In this document: one piece after another, positions 1 to 8,369 of the stretch
Position numbering within the stretch: the stretch's first letter is position 1
Layout of the letters: the number at the start of each line of letters is the position of its first letter
Assembly (NCBI GenBank): GCA_041690595.1
Contig: JAWLHB010000061.1
Location: 1 to 38,286 of the forward strand
DNA length: 38,286 nt
From: Lentisphaeria bacterium
GTDB lineage: Bacteria; Verrucomicrobiota; Lentisphaeria; JABSQK01; JAWLHB01
Direction: 5' to 3'
The notes under the pieces: generated by a model
The model's database searches: none
Seen by the model: only the letters and a program-made list of their open reading frames with translations
Told to the model about the DNA's origin: nothing
Position numbers and translations under genes: made by a program

Positions 1-12
1 GCTCATCCTCAT
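1..12 (-). CDS. 5' end of a gene running off the left edge (product unknown)
   Basis: Minus strand reads ACAGGAGATC-ATG-AGG-ATG-AGC. An AGGAG Shine-Dalgarno (16-20) precedes in-frame ATGs at 12 and 6. Confidence 0.4.
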
Positions 13-268
13 GATCTCCTGTAGGGGGTTCAAGTCACAGGAGATACTGTGCGCACGAGCAAGCGAATATTCACCATGGGGTATTTTTGACGCTTACTCT
101 GAGAACGCTTTGTGTGAAGGTTAATCTCTGGTCGTGTGGCTGCATTCTAAGTTTCCTCTATCTCGCCCTGGCCGCTGGATGTGTGTAGGTTGTTCTTCGA
201 CGGCAACTGGACACGCCATCGTCACCCTCATGGAACGCCGCCACAGGACAAACACGTGTTTGCGCCCT

Positions 269-556
269 CTAGGTCAGATAAAAATACCCAAGTATCGTCA
301 GGTGGACAGCAAGCCCAAACCAACTAAAGATTTCATAGACCGATGGCTTCAATATGCTCAGGTTCCTGCGGAAGAGGAAGAGCATCGCGCACACAAAACA
401 GATAGGAACTGCAAGATGAAGCAGTGAATACAAGAAAAGACCGGCCGCCATGCCGTCGTTGGCGAAGCCCATCTTCAAGCTCAAATACTGAAATGACTCC
501 AAGCCGAAGTAAAGAAAAAGGCCCATAGCGACGACAAAGCTGAAACAATCCCTCAT
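269..556 (-). CDS. small hypothetical membrane protein (95 aa, about 3 hydrophobic segments)
   Basis: GGAG RBS 8 nt before the ATG, hydrophobic Phe/Leu-rich sequence, lower GC than the neighbouring genes. Confidence 0.6.
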   Translation of the reverse strand: MRDCFSFVVAMGLFLYFGLESFQYLSLKMGFANDGMAAGLFLYSLLHLAVPICFVCAMLFLFRRNLSILKPSVYEIFSWFGLAVHLTILGYFYLT

Positions 557-704
557 TTGTCATTCTCCAAAAATCAGAATCACGCTCTTCACGTACTGCT
601 GGTTTTGCTTTGGCTCATGCAACCAGGCGGCGGGACGATGTTTTAAGCTTCAGGGTTTTCACTCAGGTATTGGGGCAAGCCTGGTAGGTCGGGGGCAGCT
701 TGCT

Positions 705-1742
705 CTATGCACTTTGATGGTTCTCTGCAGCCTCGGCTTGGGTGATCATGGTTTGTTCGAGGGCTTTCAGGTGCTGACGCAGGTGGGTGTTGTTTGGCAG
801 CTCTTCGGCAAACCGATGGTGGGCAAGCGAGATGGCGCTGACGCTGATGTGCAACCGCTCCGCCAGCGCGCTAAGGGATTCGCGAGCGATGCACCACTGG
901 CAGAGCAGATACTGCAGCAGTCGGCGGGGCAAGCGATGCGGTGAACGACGGGCGAGAAGTGCGTCGGCATCGATGGCAAAATGGCGGCAAACGGCATCGA
1001 TCACGATCTGGGGATCGATCGATCGCTGAATGCGCCGCAGTGCCAGATCTTCGCGGTTGTCGGGGTCACGCAGGAGCAGGTATTCCCGGCGGATCCGGTC
1101 GATCCAGTCTTCGCTGCCAAGGAGGCACTGCTCCTGAGCATCGGCAAGCGGATTCTCCAGGCGTTTGAGCAAGCCTTGCTCCACATAGGAGCGGTACGCC
1201 TCCATTCTGGCGCGCTGAGTGGTGCCCCAGGTCGAGAGAACCGGCTTGCGATCCAGCCATTCGGGCGCCTTGGCCTGCCCGATATAGGCCCGGTAGCTCG
1301 ACCACGGATACCGCAGCAGCAATTCACGTCGCTCTTCGAACGGCAACTCCCGGGCGCGTTCGGTCTCCACCGGGTTGAGGTGAATGTAGCGCGACACCCG
1401 CGAGCGATACCGTTCGTCCTCGACAAGGAAGGCCTTGTAGCGGCCTTGGAAGAAATGACCGCTGGTGCAATGACGCCGATTACTGGCAACCGTTACGGCC
1501 GTGAGAAACGCCTGCATGAAGCGGGAGAGGTTTGGCTGCAGCGTCTGCAGATAGCAGTGGAAATGGTTGGGCATCAGGCAATACGCCCGAACGCGAACTT
1601 CGTAGGTGACGGCAGCGGCATCCAGCTTTTCGAGAAATCGCTCGTGATCGCGGGCATCGCGAAAGACAGTATCACCGCGATTGCCGCGATTCATCACATG
1701 GTAGCAAGCACCAGGATATTCGATACGCAGGGGACGAGCCAT
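705..1742 (-). CDS. REP-associated tyrosine transposase (RAYT-like, Y1_Tnp HUH domain) with C-terminal DnaA-like helix-turn-helix
   Basis: Typical N-terminus MARPLRIEYPGACYHVMNRGN, HUH motif NHFH, GHFFQGRYKA, catalytic Tyr in RYIHLNP, YPWSSY. AGGAGG RBS before ATG 1742 (the ORF track start at 1769 is probably too far upstream). Confidence 0.9.
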   Translation of the reverse strand: MARPLRIEYPGACYHVMNRGNRGDTVFRDARDHERFLEKLDAAAVTYEVRVRAYCLMPNHFHCYLQTLQPNLSRFMQAFLTAVTVASNRRHCTSGHFFQGRYKAFLVEDERYRSRVSRYIHLNPVETERARELPFEERRELLLRYPWSSYRAYIGQAKAPEWLDRKPVLSTWGTTQRARMEAYRSYVEQGLLKRLENPLADAQEQCLLGSEDWIDRIRREYLLLRDPDNREDLALRRIQRSIDPQIVIDAVCRHFAIDADALLARRSPHRLPRRLLQYLLCQWCIARESLSALAERLHISVSAISLAHHRFAEELPNNTHLRQHLKALEQTMITQAEAAENHQSA

Positions 1743-1764
1743 CAATGACCTCCTTGAATGCACT

Positions 1765-1792
1765 ATCATACCGCAACCGCGAGAAACGGCAA
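1765..1792 (-). promoter_or_regulatory. putative sigma70 promoter of the transposase
   Basis: TTGCCG-N16-TATGAT on the minus strand, about 20 nt upstream of the start codon. Confidence 0.45.
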
Positions 1793-2031
1793 GGCGAACG
1801 CATCAAGCGCTATGGAAAATCCGGAACCAGGATCTCGCGGCATAACGAGCATCCTCGGCATTTCAACGTGACTCAAGTGACAGAGCCTCATATGGGTGAC
1901 CCCGGGCCTACCCTCAAAGTTTATAGTGTAGGTGTGACCCCGAGGGCCCCCCGAGGGCCGCGCCGTCCCCTTGTCTGGCGGAGATTCTGGTAGTGGACCG
2001 GCGCAGACGCCAGGGGGCGGACGGCGGGCAG

Positions 2032-2856
2032 CTATGAGAGGGGGTGCAGGTCGTGCCAGCCGGTGCCGCGGGCCGGGCGGGGATGGGGGGGGATCCTGAG
2101 GTAAAGGATCGCTTCCGCGTTGACGCCATAGGGGCCCTGCAGAAGCTCCTCGCCTCCGGGAGCGATGGCCAATGAGCAGCCGATGCAGTGTCGGCCGGAC
2201 CAGGCGCCGGCGGTGATCGGCCCCACGTTGCTGACGCCGATGATCCAGACTTGAAAGTCACGAGCGACGGGTTTATAGCAGCAGCGCCAGGTGTCGCCAT
2301 ACGGCTCTGCGACGTTGTCGTGGTCGGCCGGCACGGCCCAGGCGGAGGGGGAGAGGATGACATCGGCGCCCATGTAGCAGAGACCGCGGGCCAGGACCTC
2401 GCCGGGGGCAAAGCCGTCGGCACAGATCATCAGCCCGATGGTGCCGAGTTCCGTATGGACGACATTCAGCCGGTCGCCTTGGTCGTAGCAGGCGTGGCCG
2501 CAGGTGAGTTCGTTGAGCTTGCGATGGCGGATCAGTAGGCGGCCCCGAGGATCGAGCAGTATGGCGCTGTTGTAGACGTGTTCACCATCGCGTTCGGTAA
2601 GACCGCTGCAGACGTAGACCTTGTGTTGCCGGGCGGCAGCCGCCAATTGGCGGCAGGGCCACCCGTCCGGGATCGGTTCAGCTTCCTGGCGGGCGCTGGG
2701 ATGGAGCCAGCCGAGATCCATCGTCTCGGGCAGCAGGACCAGATCGGCACCGGCAGCACGTGCCTCAGCGATCAAATCCACCGCATGCGCGAGGTTTCGC
2801 TGTTTGTCGCCGGCGGTCACCGACATCTGGATCAGGGCCGCGGTGAACGCTCTCAT
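2032..2856 (-). CDS. carbon-nitrogen hydrolase (nitrilase superfamily)
   Basis: E-K-C triad motifs LVLLPET, HRKLNEL and GLMICADGF; GGAGG RBS. Confidence 0.92.
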   Translation of the reverse strand: MRAFTAALIQMSVTAGDKQRNLAHAVDLIAEARAAGADLVLLPETMDLGWLHPSARQEAEPIPDGWPCRQLAAAARQHKVYVCSGLTERDGEHVYNSAILLDPRGRLLIRHRKLNELTCGHACYDQGDRLNVVHTELGTIGLMICADGFAPGEVLARGLCYMGADVILSPSAWAVPADHDNVAEPYGDTWRCCYKPVARDFQVWIIGVSNVGPITAGAWSGRHCIGCSLAIAPGGEELLQGPYGVNAEAILYLRIPPHPRPARGTGWHDLHPLS

Positions 2857-2884
2857 GTGTCGATTACCTCCGGCGGATCAGCGT

Positions 2885-3703
2885 CTACGTGCGTTTGCGT
2901 GGTGTCACATCGAAGTCTTCGTCGCCGAATTCCATGTGCGGGTTGTGGCGCATGCGGTTGAGAATGAAGTTTGTGCTCGCTCTGACGCGCCTGATTTCAT
3001 CCTGAAAGAACGCGCGGGTAGGATCGTGGAAGCGTCCTGGATCCGCATTCAGAGCCAGAAAACTGCCCTGCAATCCTTTGATATAGCGATCTCGGTCCAA
3101 GCCGCCATAGATGAAGATAGGCGGGTACATCTCGTACATGAGCAGCCAGTTTGTCGCCATCCGGCTGACTCGGCCATTACCGTCAACGAAGGGATGCACC
3201 CGTACCAGCTCATGGTGCAGATAAGCCGACCGCAGGACGGGATGCGGCAGCTCGGGCAGTACCGCAAAGATCTGTTCCACCAGCCCCGGCACCTGCTCGG
3301 GTGGTGGGGCGACGCACGGACCATACATGACCAACGTTCGCCGATAGGAATTGGCATGCCGCTGGGCTGCCTCCGGGGCGATGCAGCGAAACAACCGGAA
3401 GAGGTCCAAGGGGCCGACTATCGTTCGTTGTTCTCCAATTTCCGTTATGATGAGTTTCAGCGCCAGATGCAGGTGCTTAAGGTAAAGCTGTGCTTCATCC
3501 AGCGTCGTCGCTTCCTGCTGGGCATTCTTGGTACTCAACACGTCGCGCAGGTGCTGGACGGCTTCCTGATAGCGCTTCAGCAAATCCGTCTCCTGGAACT
3601 GCGGACTGAAGACAATCAGGCGGTACATGTCCTTGACATCTTGATCGATCTTGTTCAGCATCTTCTGGTCGACGTCAACCAGTTCCGGCGGCAGCAGTAT
3701 CAT
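2885..3703 (-). CDS. Fic domain protein
   Basis: Intact Fic motif HPFVDGNGRVSR preceded by AYLHHELVRV. Confidence 0.9.
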   Translation of the reverse strand: MILLPPELVDVDQKMLNKIDQDVKDMYRLIVFSPQFQETDLLKRYQEAVQHLRDVLSTKNAQQEATTLDEAQLYLKHLHLALKLIITEIGEQRTIVGPLDLFRLFRCIAPEAAQRHANSYRRTLVMYGPCVAPPPEQVPGLVEQIFAVLPELPHPVLRSAYLHHELVRVHPFVDGNGRVSRMATNWLLMYEMYPPIFIYGGLDRDRYIKGLQGSFLALNADPGRFHDPTRAFFQDEIRRVRASTNFILNRMRHNPHMEFGDEDFDVTPRKRT

Positions 3704-4045
3704 CTATGGTTCACGCAGGGTTGAGGAGTTACATGCAGGTGGATAAGCTCGCGGCTCAGGATGGCGGCATTACCATAGTCCTGATAGCGCCAGGATTGAA
3801 GCGGCGCCGGTAGGGCAATGCGGGGGAATCGCCGCACACCGTAAACTCTGGTAGCTTTTCGACAAGGTTGGGGTGGGCAAGCGCCGTCTTCCAGGAGCCC
3901 CTGGCGCGAGAAGCTCGGAAGTGCATCGTGTAGATACCATGAGCCAGATGCTGAAAAGCGTCCAGCGCGATCCAATATCATGGTAACTCAAACCTCAACA
4001 AAGGAGTCTGGCTCATCTGGACTTGACAGGTCCCGGGCGATGGGG

Positions 4046-4675
4046 TTAATGCGCGTGGTGCCTGCCGAGAAGATCCATGGCCAGAGCGTGGTATTTCTCG
4101 TGAAAGCCTTTTCCAAGCTCTTCGGTCTCTATCTTGTAGAAGGCTTCCGCCAGAGCCTTTTTCTGGGGATCGCTGAGTCGTTCTGCGGCGCGTGGCCAGA
4201 GGTATTCGTTTTCCAGTTCAATGTGCCGGTCCATCAGTTGGGCGTATTCGAAGAGATAACGGCCCAGCGCCTGTGTATCTGTCTTGGGTTTGTCGCCGGT
4301 CGACGTCTTGAGCAGCTCTTCGATTCCCGCAAGGAGGATACGGCCTTCCTCATGATGTTTGATCAGCAGGTCGATGACGACTGGATCCACCTTCATCTCG
4401 CGCAGTGCGGGGAAGAGCTCGTCTTCCTCTTTGGCGTGATGGCATCCATCGGTAAAGTTCTTGAAGAAGTCATGAAATTTCGCTATGCGTTCGGCGTCTA
4501 CGGTGTCGCTTTTCTGGATCTTCACGGCGTCCTGCTTCGCTGCGTGAGCCACCTTCTGGATTAACCCGTGCTCCTCGCGCAGGACGTCGGTTGGGTTCCG
4601 TTCCGCCTCTGTTTGCGCCATGGCGAGGCTTGTGGCTAGTGAAAGGATCAGGGCTATGACGTTTCGCATCTTCAT
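4046..4675 (-). CDS. hemerythrin (HHE cation-binding) domain protein with N-terminal signal peptide
   Basis: Motifs LREEH, HHAKEEDELFP, HHEEGR, HIELENEYLWP. AAAGGA RBS before ATG 4675. N-terminus MKMRNVIALILSLATSLAMA resembles a Sec signal. Confidence 0.85.
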   Translation of the reverse strand: MKMRNVIALILSLATSLAMAQTEAERNPTDVLREEHGLIQKVAHAAKQDAVKIQKSDTVDAERIAKFHDFFKNFTDGCHHAKEEDELFPALREMKVDPVVIDLLIKHHEEGRILLAGIEELLKTSTGDKPKTDTQALGRYLFEYAQLMDRHIELENEYLWPRAAERLSDPQKKALAEAFYKIETEELGKGFHEKYHALAMDLLGRHHAH

Positions 4676-4910
4676 AATGGTGTCCTTTGGTTGTTGGATT
4701 GCCAGGGGGTGATTCGGCCAACCTACTATACCCGCAGTTTCGGGTTGGGTGTTCATCGCTTGTTCAATGTCCGTCAGGTGTCGACGCAGGTTGTGGTCCA
4801 GTTGAGGGGGACAGGACGGAGCGGTGCGTTGATATCGGGGTCAATGTGCGTATGGTATACAAAGGTCTTGAACAGGATGGCATGGTACGGACGCGGGAGG
4901 CGTGAGGCGC

Positions 4911-5318
4911 TTGGCGAAGAAGCAGATAGTAGTGGAACGACTCAGCTACGGGCTCTACTCCGGCTGGAAGGCTGCGGGCAAAGAGCTGCCGAAGATCCGC
5001 CAGCATACGTGGTCCATTCCTGCGTGCGAGGGGATCGAGTTCGGCTACATTCTGCGGATCTGCAAGGCCCGCCGGTGCACCCTCACCTTCACCATCGAGC
5101 ATCCACCGTTCACTGGTGAAGACGGCAAGGTGCTACCGGCTTTCGAGGGGAGTGAGATCATCCCGGCCAACATCTACACTTTCTTTCTTGGCGACTCGAT
5201 CTGGGCTCCTGTCGAGGAGAAGCTTGGCGATTGGCGGCTGATCACGCGCATCGATGATGAAATCGTGGCCGACGAAACCTTCCACATCGTGGCGGACGAA
5301 GACCACAACTTTCCCTGA
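4911..5318 (+). CDS. DUF3859 domain protein
   Basis: SYGLYSGW...KELPKI...IEFG...FFLGDSIWAP...GDWRL pattern recognised as DUF3859. TTG start at 4911 follows GGAGG (alternative GTG at 4902). Confidence 0.75.
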   Translation: MAKKQIVVERLSYGLYSGWKAAGKELPKIRQHTWSIPACEGIEFGYILRICKARRCTLTFTIEHPPFTGEDGKVLPAFEGSEIIPANIYTFFLGDSIWAPVEEKLGDWRLITRIDDEIVADETFHIVADEDHNFP

Positions 5319-5331
5319 TCAGAGGCGTTGC

Positions 5332-6849
5332 ATGGAGTACTTTCTGGGCTTGGATGTCGGTACGAGCGGCTGCAAGGCGGTTGCCTTTGCCGCAGAAGAT
5401 GGTGCCCAGGCGGCACACTTTCATCGTGAGTACGATCTGCAGGTGCCTCATGAGGGTTGGGCGGAGCTGGAGAGCGGAGAGGTCATGGAGAGCTGCCTGA
5501 CCGTCATCCGGCAGTGCGCCGCGGCGCTGGATGGTCCGATTCGTGGGCTGGGGATTTCCAGCCAGGGGGAAGCCATCACGCCGGTTGCGGCCGATGGCAG
5601 GTACCTGGCCAATGGCATGGTCAGTTCCGATCAGCGGGCCATCGACTATGTGCAGAGTTTTCCCGCCGCTTTCGGCGAAGAGCGTCTCTATCGCCTTACG
5701 GGGCACACGGCTCACCCGATGTTCAGCCTCTTCAAGTTGCTTTGGCTGCGCGATCACCAGCCGGAGGTCTGGAGCCGGTCGGCCTCGTTCCTCTGCTACG
5801 AAGACCTTCTGCATCACCGTCTCGGGCTTTCGCCTGCCATCGGGTGGCCGCTTGCCGGCCGGACCATGCTTTTCGATGTGACCCGTCATGAGTGGAGCGA
5901 GGAGATTCTGGACGCCGTGGGGTTGTCGCCGGATAAGCTGGCGCGGCCACTGGCAAGCGGCAGCCGGGTTGGGGAGATTCCCGCGGCGGTGGCGGGGGCT
6001 CTGGGGCTGCCGAAGGGGGTCGTTGTGGTCACCGGCGGGCACGATCAGCCATGTGGTGCGCTGGGGGCGGGGGCGATCGAGCCGGGGCTTTCGATGTATG
6101 CTACCGGGACCGTCGAATGCATGTGTCCCGCCTTCGATCATGCCTCGTTTACGGATGACTTGCGCCGCGCCAACCTCTGCACCTACGACCATACAGTGCC
6201 GGGCATGTATACCACCGTCGCCTTCAGTCTGACGGGCGGTAATATCCTCAAGTGGTTCCGCGATCAGTTCGGGCAGGCGGAGATGGCCGCGGCGAGGGCC
6301 AACGGTTCCAACGTTTATGAGCTGCTCCTGGCGCAGCTCGAGGATCGCCCCACGTCGCTGCTGGCGCTCCCGTATTTCACGACTTCGGGAACCCCGCATT
6401 TCGACAGCAATGTGCCGGGGGCGCTTCTGGGGCTTCGGCTGAGCAGCAGCCGCGCCGAGATTCTCCGCGCGCTCCTGGAGGGGGTGGTCTTCGAGATGCG
6501 ACTGAATCTGGAGATTCTGGAGCGCTCGGGCGGGGGCATCCGGGAGTTGCGGCTCATCGGCGGCGGCTCGCAGTCGCAGCTGTGGAACCAGCTCAAGGCG
6601 GACGTGCTCGGCGTGCCGCTTACCCGTCTCGATGTAACGGAGGCCGGCTGCCTGGGGGTAGCGATGCTCGCCTGCAGTGCGGTCACCGGCGAGCCTCTCG
6701 GATCGCTCGCTTCCCGCTGGATACGGCCCCTGGGGACGATACAGCCTCGCGAGGAACGCCGCGACTGGTACAACCGACGGTTTGCGGCGTATCGGCAGCT
6801 TTACCCGACCCTCAAGCAGCTTGCCTTTACCGGCGGGGAATCTGGATGA
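5332..6849 (+). CDS. FGGY-family carbohydrate kinase (xylulokinase-like)
   Basis: LGLDVGTSGCKA, ISSQGE, GGHDQPCGALGAG, RALLEGV, IGGGSQS..WNQLKADV. The substrate cannot be determined from sequence. Confidence 0.92.
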   Translation: MEYFLGLDVGTSGCKAVAFAAEDGAQAAHFHREYDLQVPHEGWAELESGEVMESCLTVIRQCAAALDGPIRGLGISSQGEAITPVAADGRYLANGMVSSDQRAIDYVQSFPAAFGEERLYRLTGHTAHPMFSLFKLLWLRDHQPEVWSRSASFLCYEDLLHHRLGLSPAIGWPLAGRTMLFDVTRHEWSEEILDAVGLSPDKLARPLASGSRVGEIPAAVAGALGLPKGVVVVTGGHDQPCGALGAGAIEPGLSMYATGTVECMCPAFDHASFTDDLRRANLCTYDHTVPGMYTTVAFSLTGGNILKWFRDQFGQAEMAAARANGSNVYELLLAQLEDRPTSLLALPYFTTSGTPHFDSNVPGALLGLRLSSSRAEILRALLEGVVFEMRLNLEILERSGGGIRELRLIGGGSQSQLWNQLKADVLGVPLTRLDVTEAGCLGVAMLACSAVTGEPLGSLASRWIRPLGTIQPREERRDWYNRRFAAYRQLYPTLKQLAFTGGESG

Positions 6850-8144
6850 GCGTTTTGTCGACGAATTCCTCCATTGTCGTGGCCACTGCCGATGATGTTC
6901 TGCGCTCCATGCTGACGGGCTTCTTCGAACGGCTGGATTTCGTTGTCAATCTGCCGGAAGGGCGCGCCGCGGTGGAACTGGCGATCTGTGAGGATCACGT
7001 GCGAATGATCGTGCTGGATGATGCCATCGAGGGTGCGGGGGCGCTACTGGCGAAATCTCGGCGGATACGTTCCCGCGTTCCGGTGATCATGCTGGTGGAG
7101 ACTAATGCCGTCAATGCGGCGGTGGAGTACATGCGCGATGGTGCTCTGGACTGCCTGACGAAGCCAGTCGATTTCGAACGGCTGGCGAAGCTGGTGAAGG
7201 CGAACATGATGCTCAACGTCAATGACACGGTCGACATGGGAGAGCCACAGCGGCAGTTGTCCGGGTACACGATCATCTGCGAGATCGGGGGCGGGAGCAT
7301 GGGGGTCATTTATCTTGCGTCGAAGGGGGATCAACGGGTGGCGCTCAAGGTGCTGCGACCCACGACGAAGGATCCCGAGGAACGCGAAGAAATCCGCGCG
7401 CGTTTCGAGCGGGAGGCGCGGGCCATCAGCGAGATTCGCCATCCCAACATCGTGCGGATCCACGAATATGGCTTCTCGGAAAGCCGTGGCGTGCCCTTCA
7501 TCGCGATGGAGCTGCTGGCGGGGATCCCCCTTACGGACTTCGCGCTTCGGCACTCCGCCACGCTGGATTATCGCCAGAAGACGCGCATCGTGCTACAGCT
7601 TGCCGAGGCGCTGGCTGTCATCCATAGCCACGGCATCTGCCACCGGGACATCAAGCCGAACAACATCCTTGTGGATAGCGAGAGCAAGGTGACGCTGACC
7701 GACTTCGGGGTGGCGTACATCCCCGGCTCCGATCTTACCGTGACTGGGGAGATGATCGGCTCGCCCGCGTATATGGCGCCTGAAGCTTTCCAGAGTCCGC
7801 GCATCGATGCCAGGGCGGACATCTTCGCGCTGGGCATCGTCATGTACGAGTTCTACGTGGGCACTCACCCCTTCATCGGTCGTGGGATCGCTGAAACGGC
7901 CGCGCGCATCAATCACGAGAAGCCCGTCGAGCCGCGTCAGCTCGACGAAGCGTTCCCGCCGCGCCTGCAGATCATGCTCGGGAAGATGCTTCGAAAATCT
8001 CCCCGCGATCGGTACCAGAGTATGTCCAGTGTCATCGCGGAGTTGAACGCCTACCTCGACGACGTGAGCGGCAGAGGGACCGGCGTGTGGAGCCGTTCGC
8101 TCCTGGATATTCGCATTGCCGTCCTCAAGCAGGACTGGCTCTGA
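6846..8144 (+). CDS. response-regulator receiver domain fused to Hanks-type Ser/Thr protein kinase
   Basis: ATGA overlap with the upstream stop. Receiver-like IVLDD...PVIML...GALDCLTKPVD; kinase IGGGSMG, VALKVL, HRDIKPNN, DFG, GSPAYMAPE, ADIFALG. Confidence 0.88.
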   Translation: MSVLSTNSSIVVATADDVLRSMLTGFFERLDFVVNLPEGRAAVELAICEDHVRMIVLDDAIEGAGALLAKSRRIRSRVPVIMLVETNAVNAAVEYMRDGALDCLTKPVDFERLAKLVKANMMLNVNDTVDMGEPQRQLSGYTIICEIGGGSMGVIYLASKGDQRVALKVLRPTTKDPEEREEIRARFEREARAISEIRHPNIVRIHEYGFSESRGVPFIAMELLAGIPLTDFALRHSATLDYRQKTRIVLQLAEALAVIHSHGICHRDIKPNNILVDSESKVTLTDFGVAYIPGSDLTVTGEMIGSPAYMAPEAFQSPRIDARADIFALGIVMYEFYVGTHPFIGRGIAETAARINHEKPVEPRQLDEAFPPRLQIMLGKMLRKSPRDRYQSMSSVIAELNAYLDDVSGRGTGVWSRSLLDIRIAVLKQDWL

Positions 8145-8167
8145 AGGGGGCATGGGAGGGGCTGGGA

Positions 8168-8218
8168 AGAGGACGGAGAGGACGGGACGCAGAGGGGAAG
8201 AAGGGGAAGAAGGGGAAG
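8168..8218 (+). repeat. purine-rich 9-mer tandem repeats
   Basis: AGAGGACGG x2 (8168-8185) and AGGGGAAGA x~3 (8193-8218). Confidence 0.8.
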
Positions 8219-8288
8219 CATGAAGTGGCTGACCCTTGGTTGAATCTCGTTCGCGGGGCTTAATTGCGGAAAAAAGCATGGCATCCGT

Positions 8289-8324
8289 TTGACAGCTTGC
8301 GGAACGGGTTGAAGATTATCCACA
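8289..8324 (+). promoter_or_regulatory. putative promoter with overlapping DnaA-box match
   Basis: TTGACA (8289-8294)-N17-AAGATT; TTATCCACA at 8316-8324. Confidence 0.35.
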
Positions 8325-8369
8325 AGTAGTGAAGCTCATCGCGAAGGACCGTTGTGAAGGGAAGCTCAC

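Larger units (their letters stand above)
691..1941. mobile_element. putative RAYT-like element bounded by imperfect inverted ends
   Basis: Left end GGGGGCAGCTTGCTCTATGCACTTTGA (691-717) aligns with the reverse complement of 1914-1941, GGGGTCACACCTACACTATAAACTTTGA. The ends enclose the transposase and its promoter. Confidence 0.5.

Noticed and set aside
60..268. Integron attC site after the small orphan gene
   Set aside because: No convincing RYYYAAC...GTTRRRY pair with internal dyad symmetry, and no integrase.
3700..3981. 93-aa ORF overlapping the Fic start as a possible antitoxin
   Set aside because: No (S/T)xxxE(G/N) motif, no clear RBS and no recognisable family; the ATGA overlap may be chance.
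3780..4020. Possible riboswitch or REP in the Fic-hemerythrin gap (ATGAGCCAGA/TCTGGCTCAT inverted pair)
   Set aside because: Only a 10-bp pair with a long loop; the conserved cores of known riboswitches were not found.
4829..4844. FNR-like box TTGAT-N6-GTCAA upstream of the hemerythrin gene
   Set aside because: Spacing is 6 rather than 4; better explained as a -35 element for the DUF3859 gene.
8316..8324. Replication origin suggested by a DnaA box
   Set aside because: Single box, no box cluster, no AT-rich unwinding element and no dnaA/dnaN nearby.
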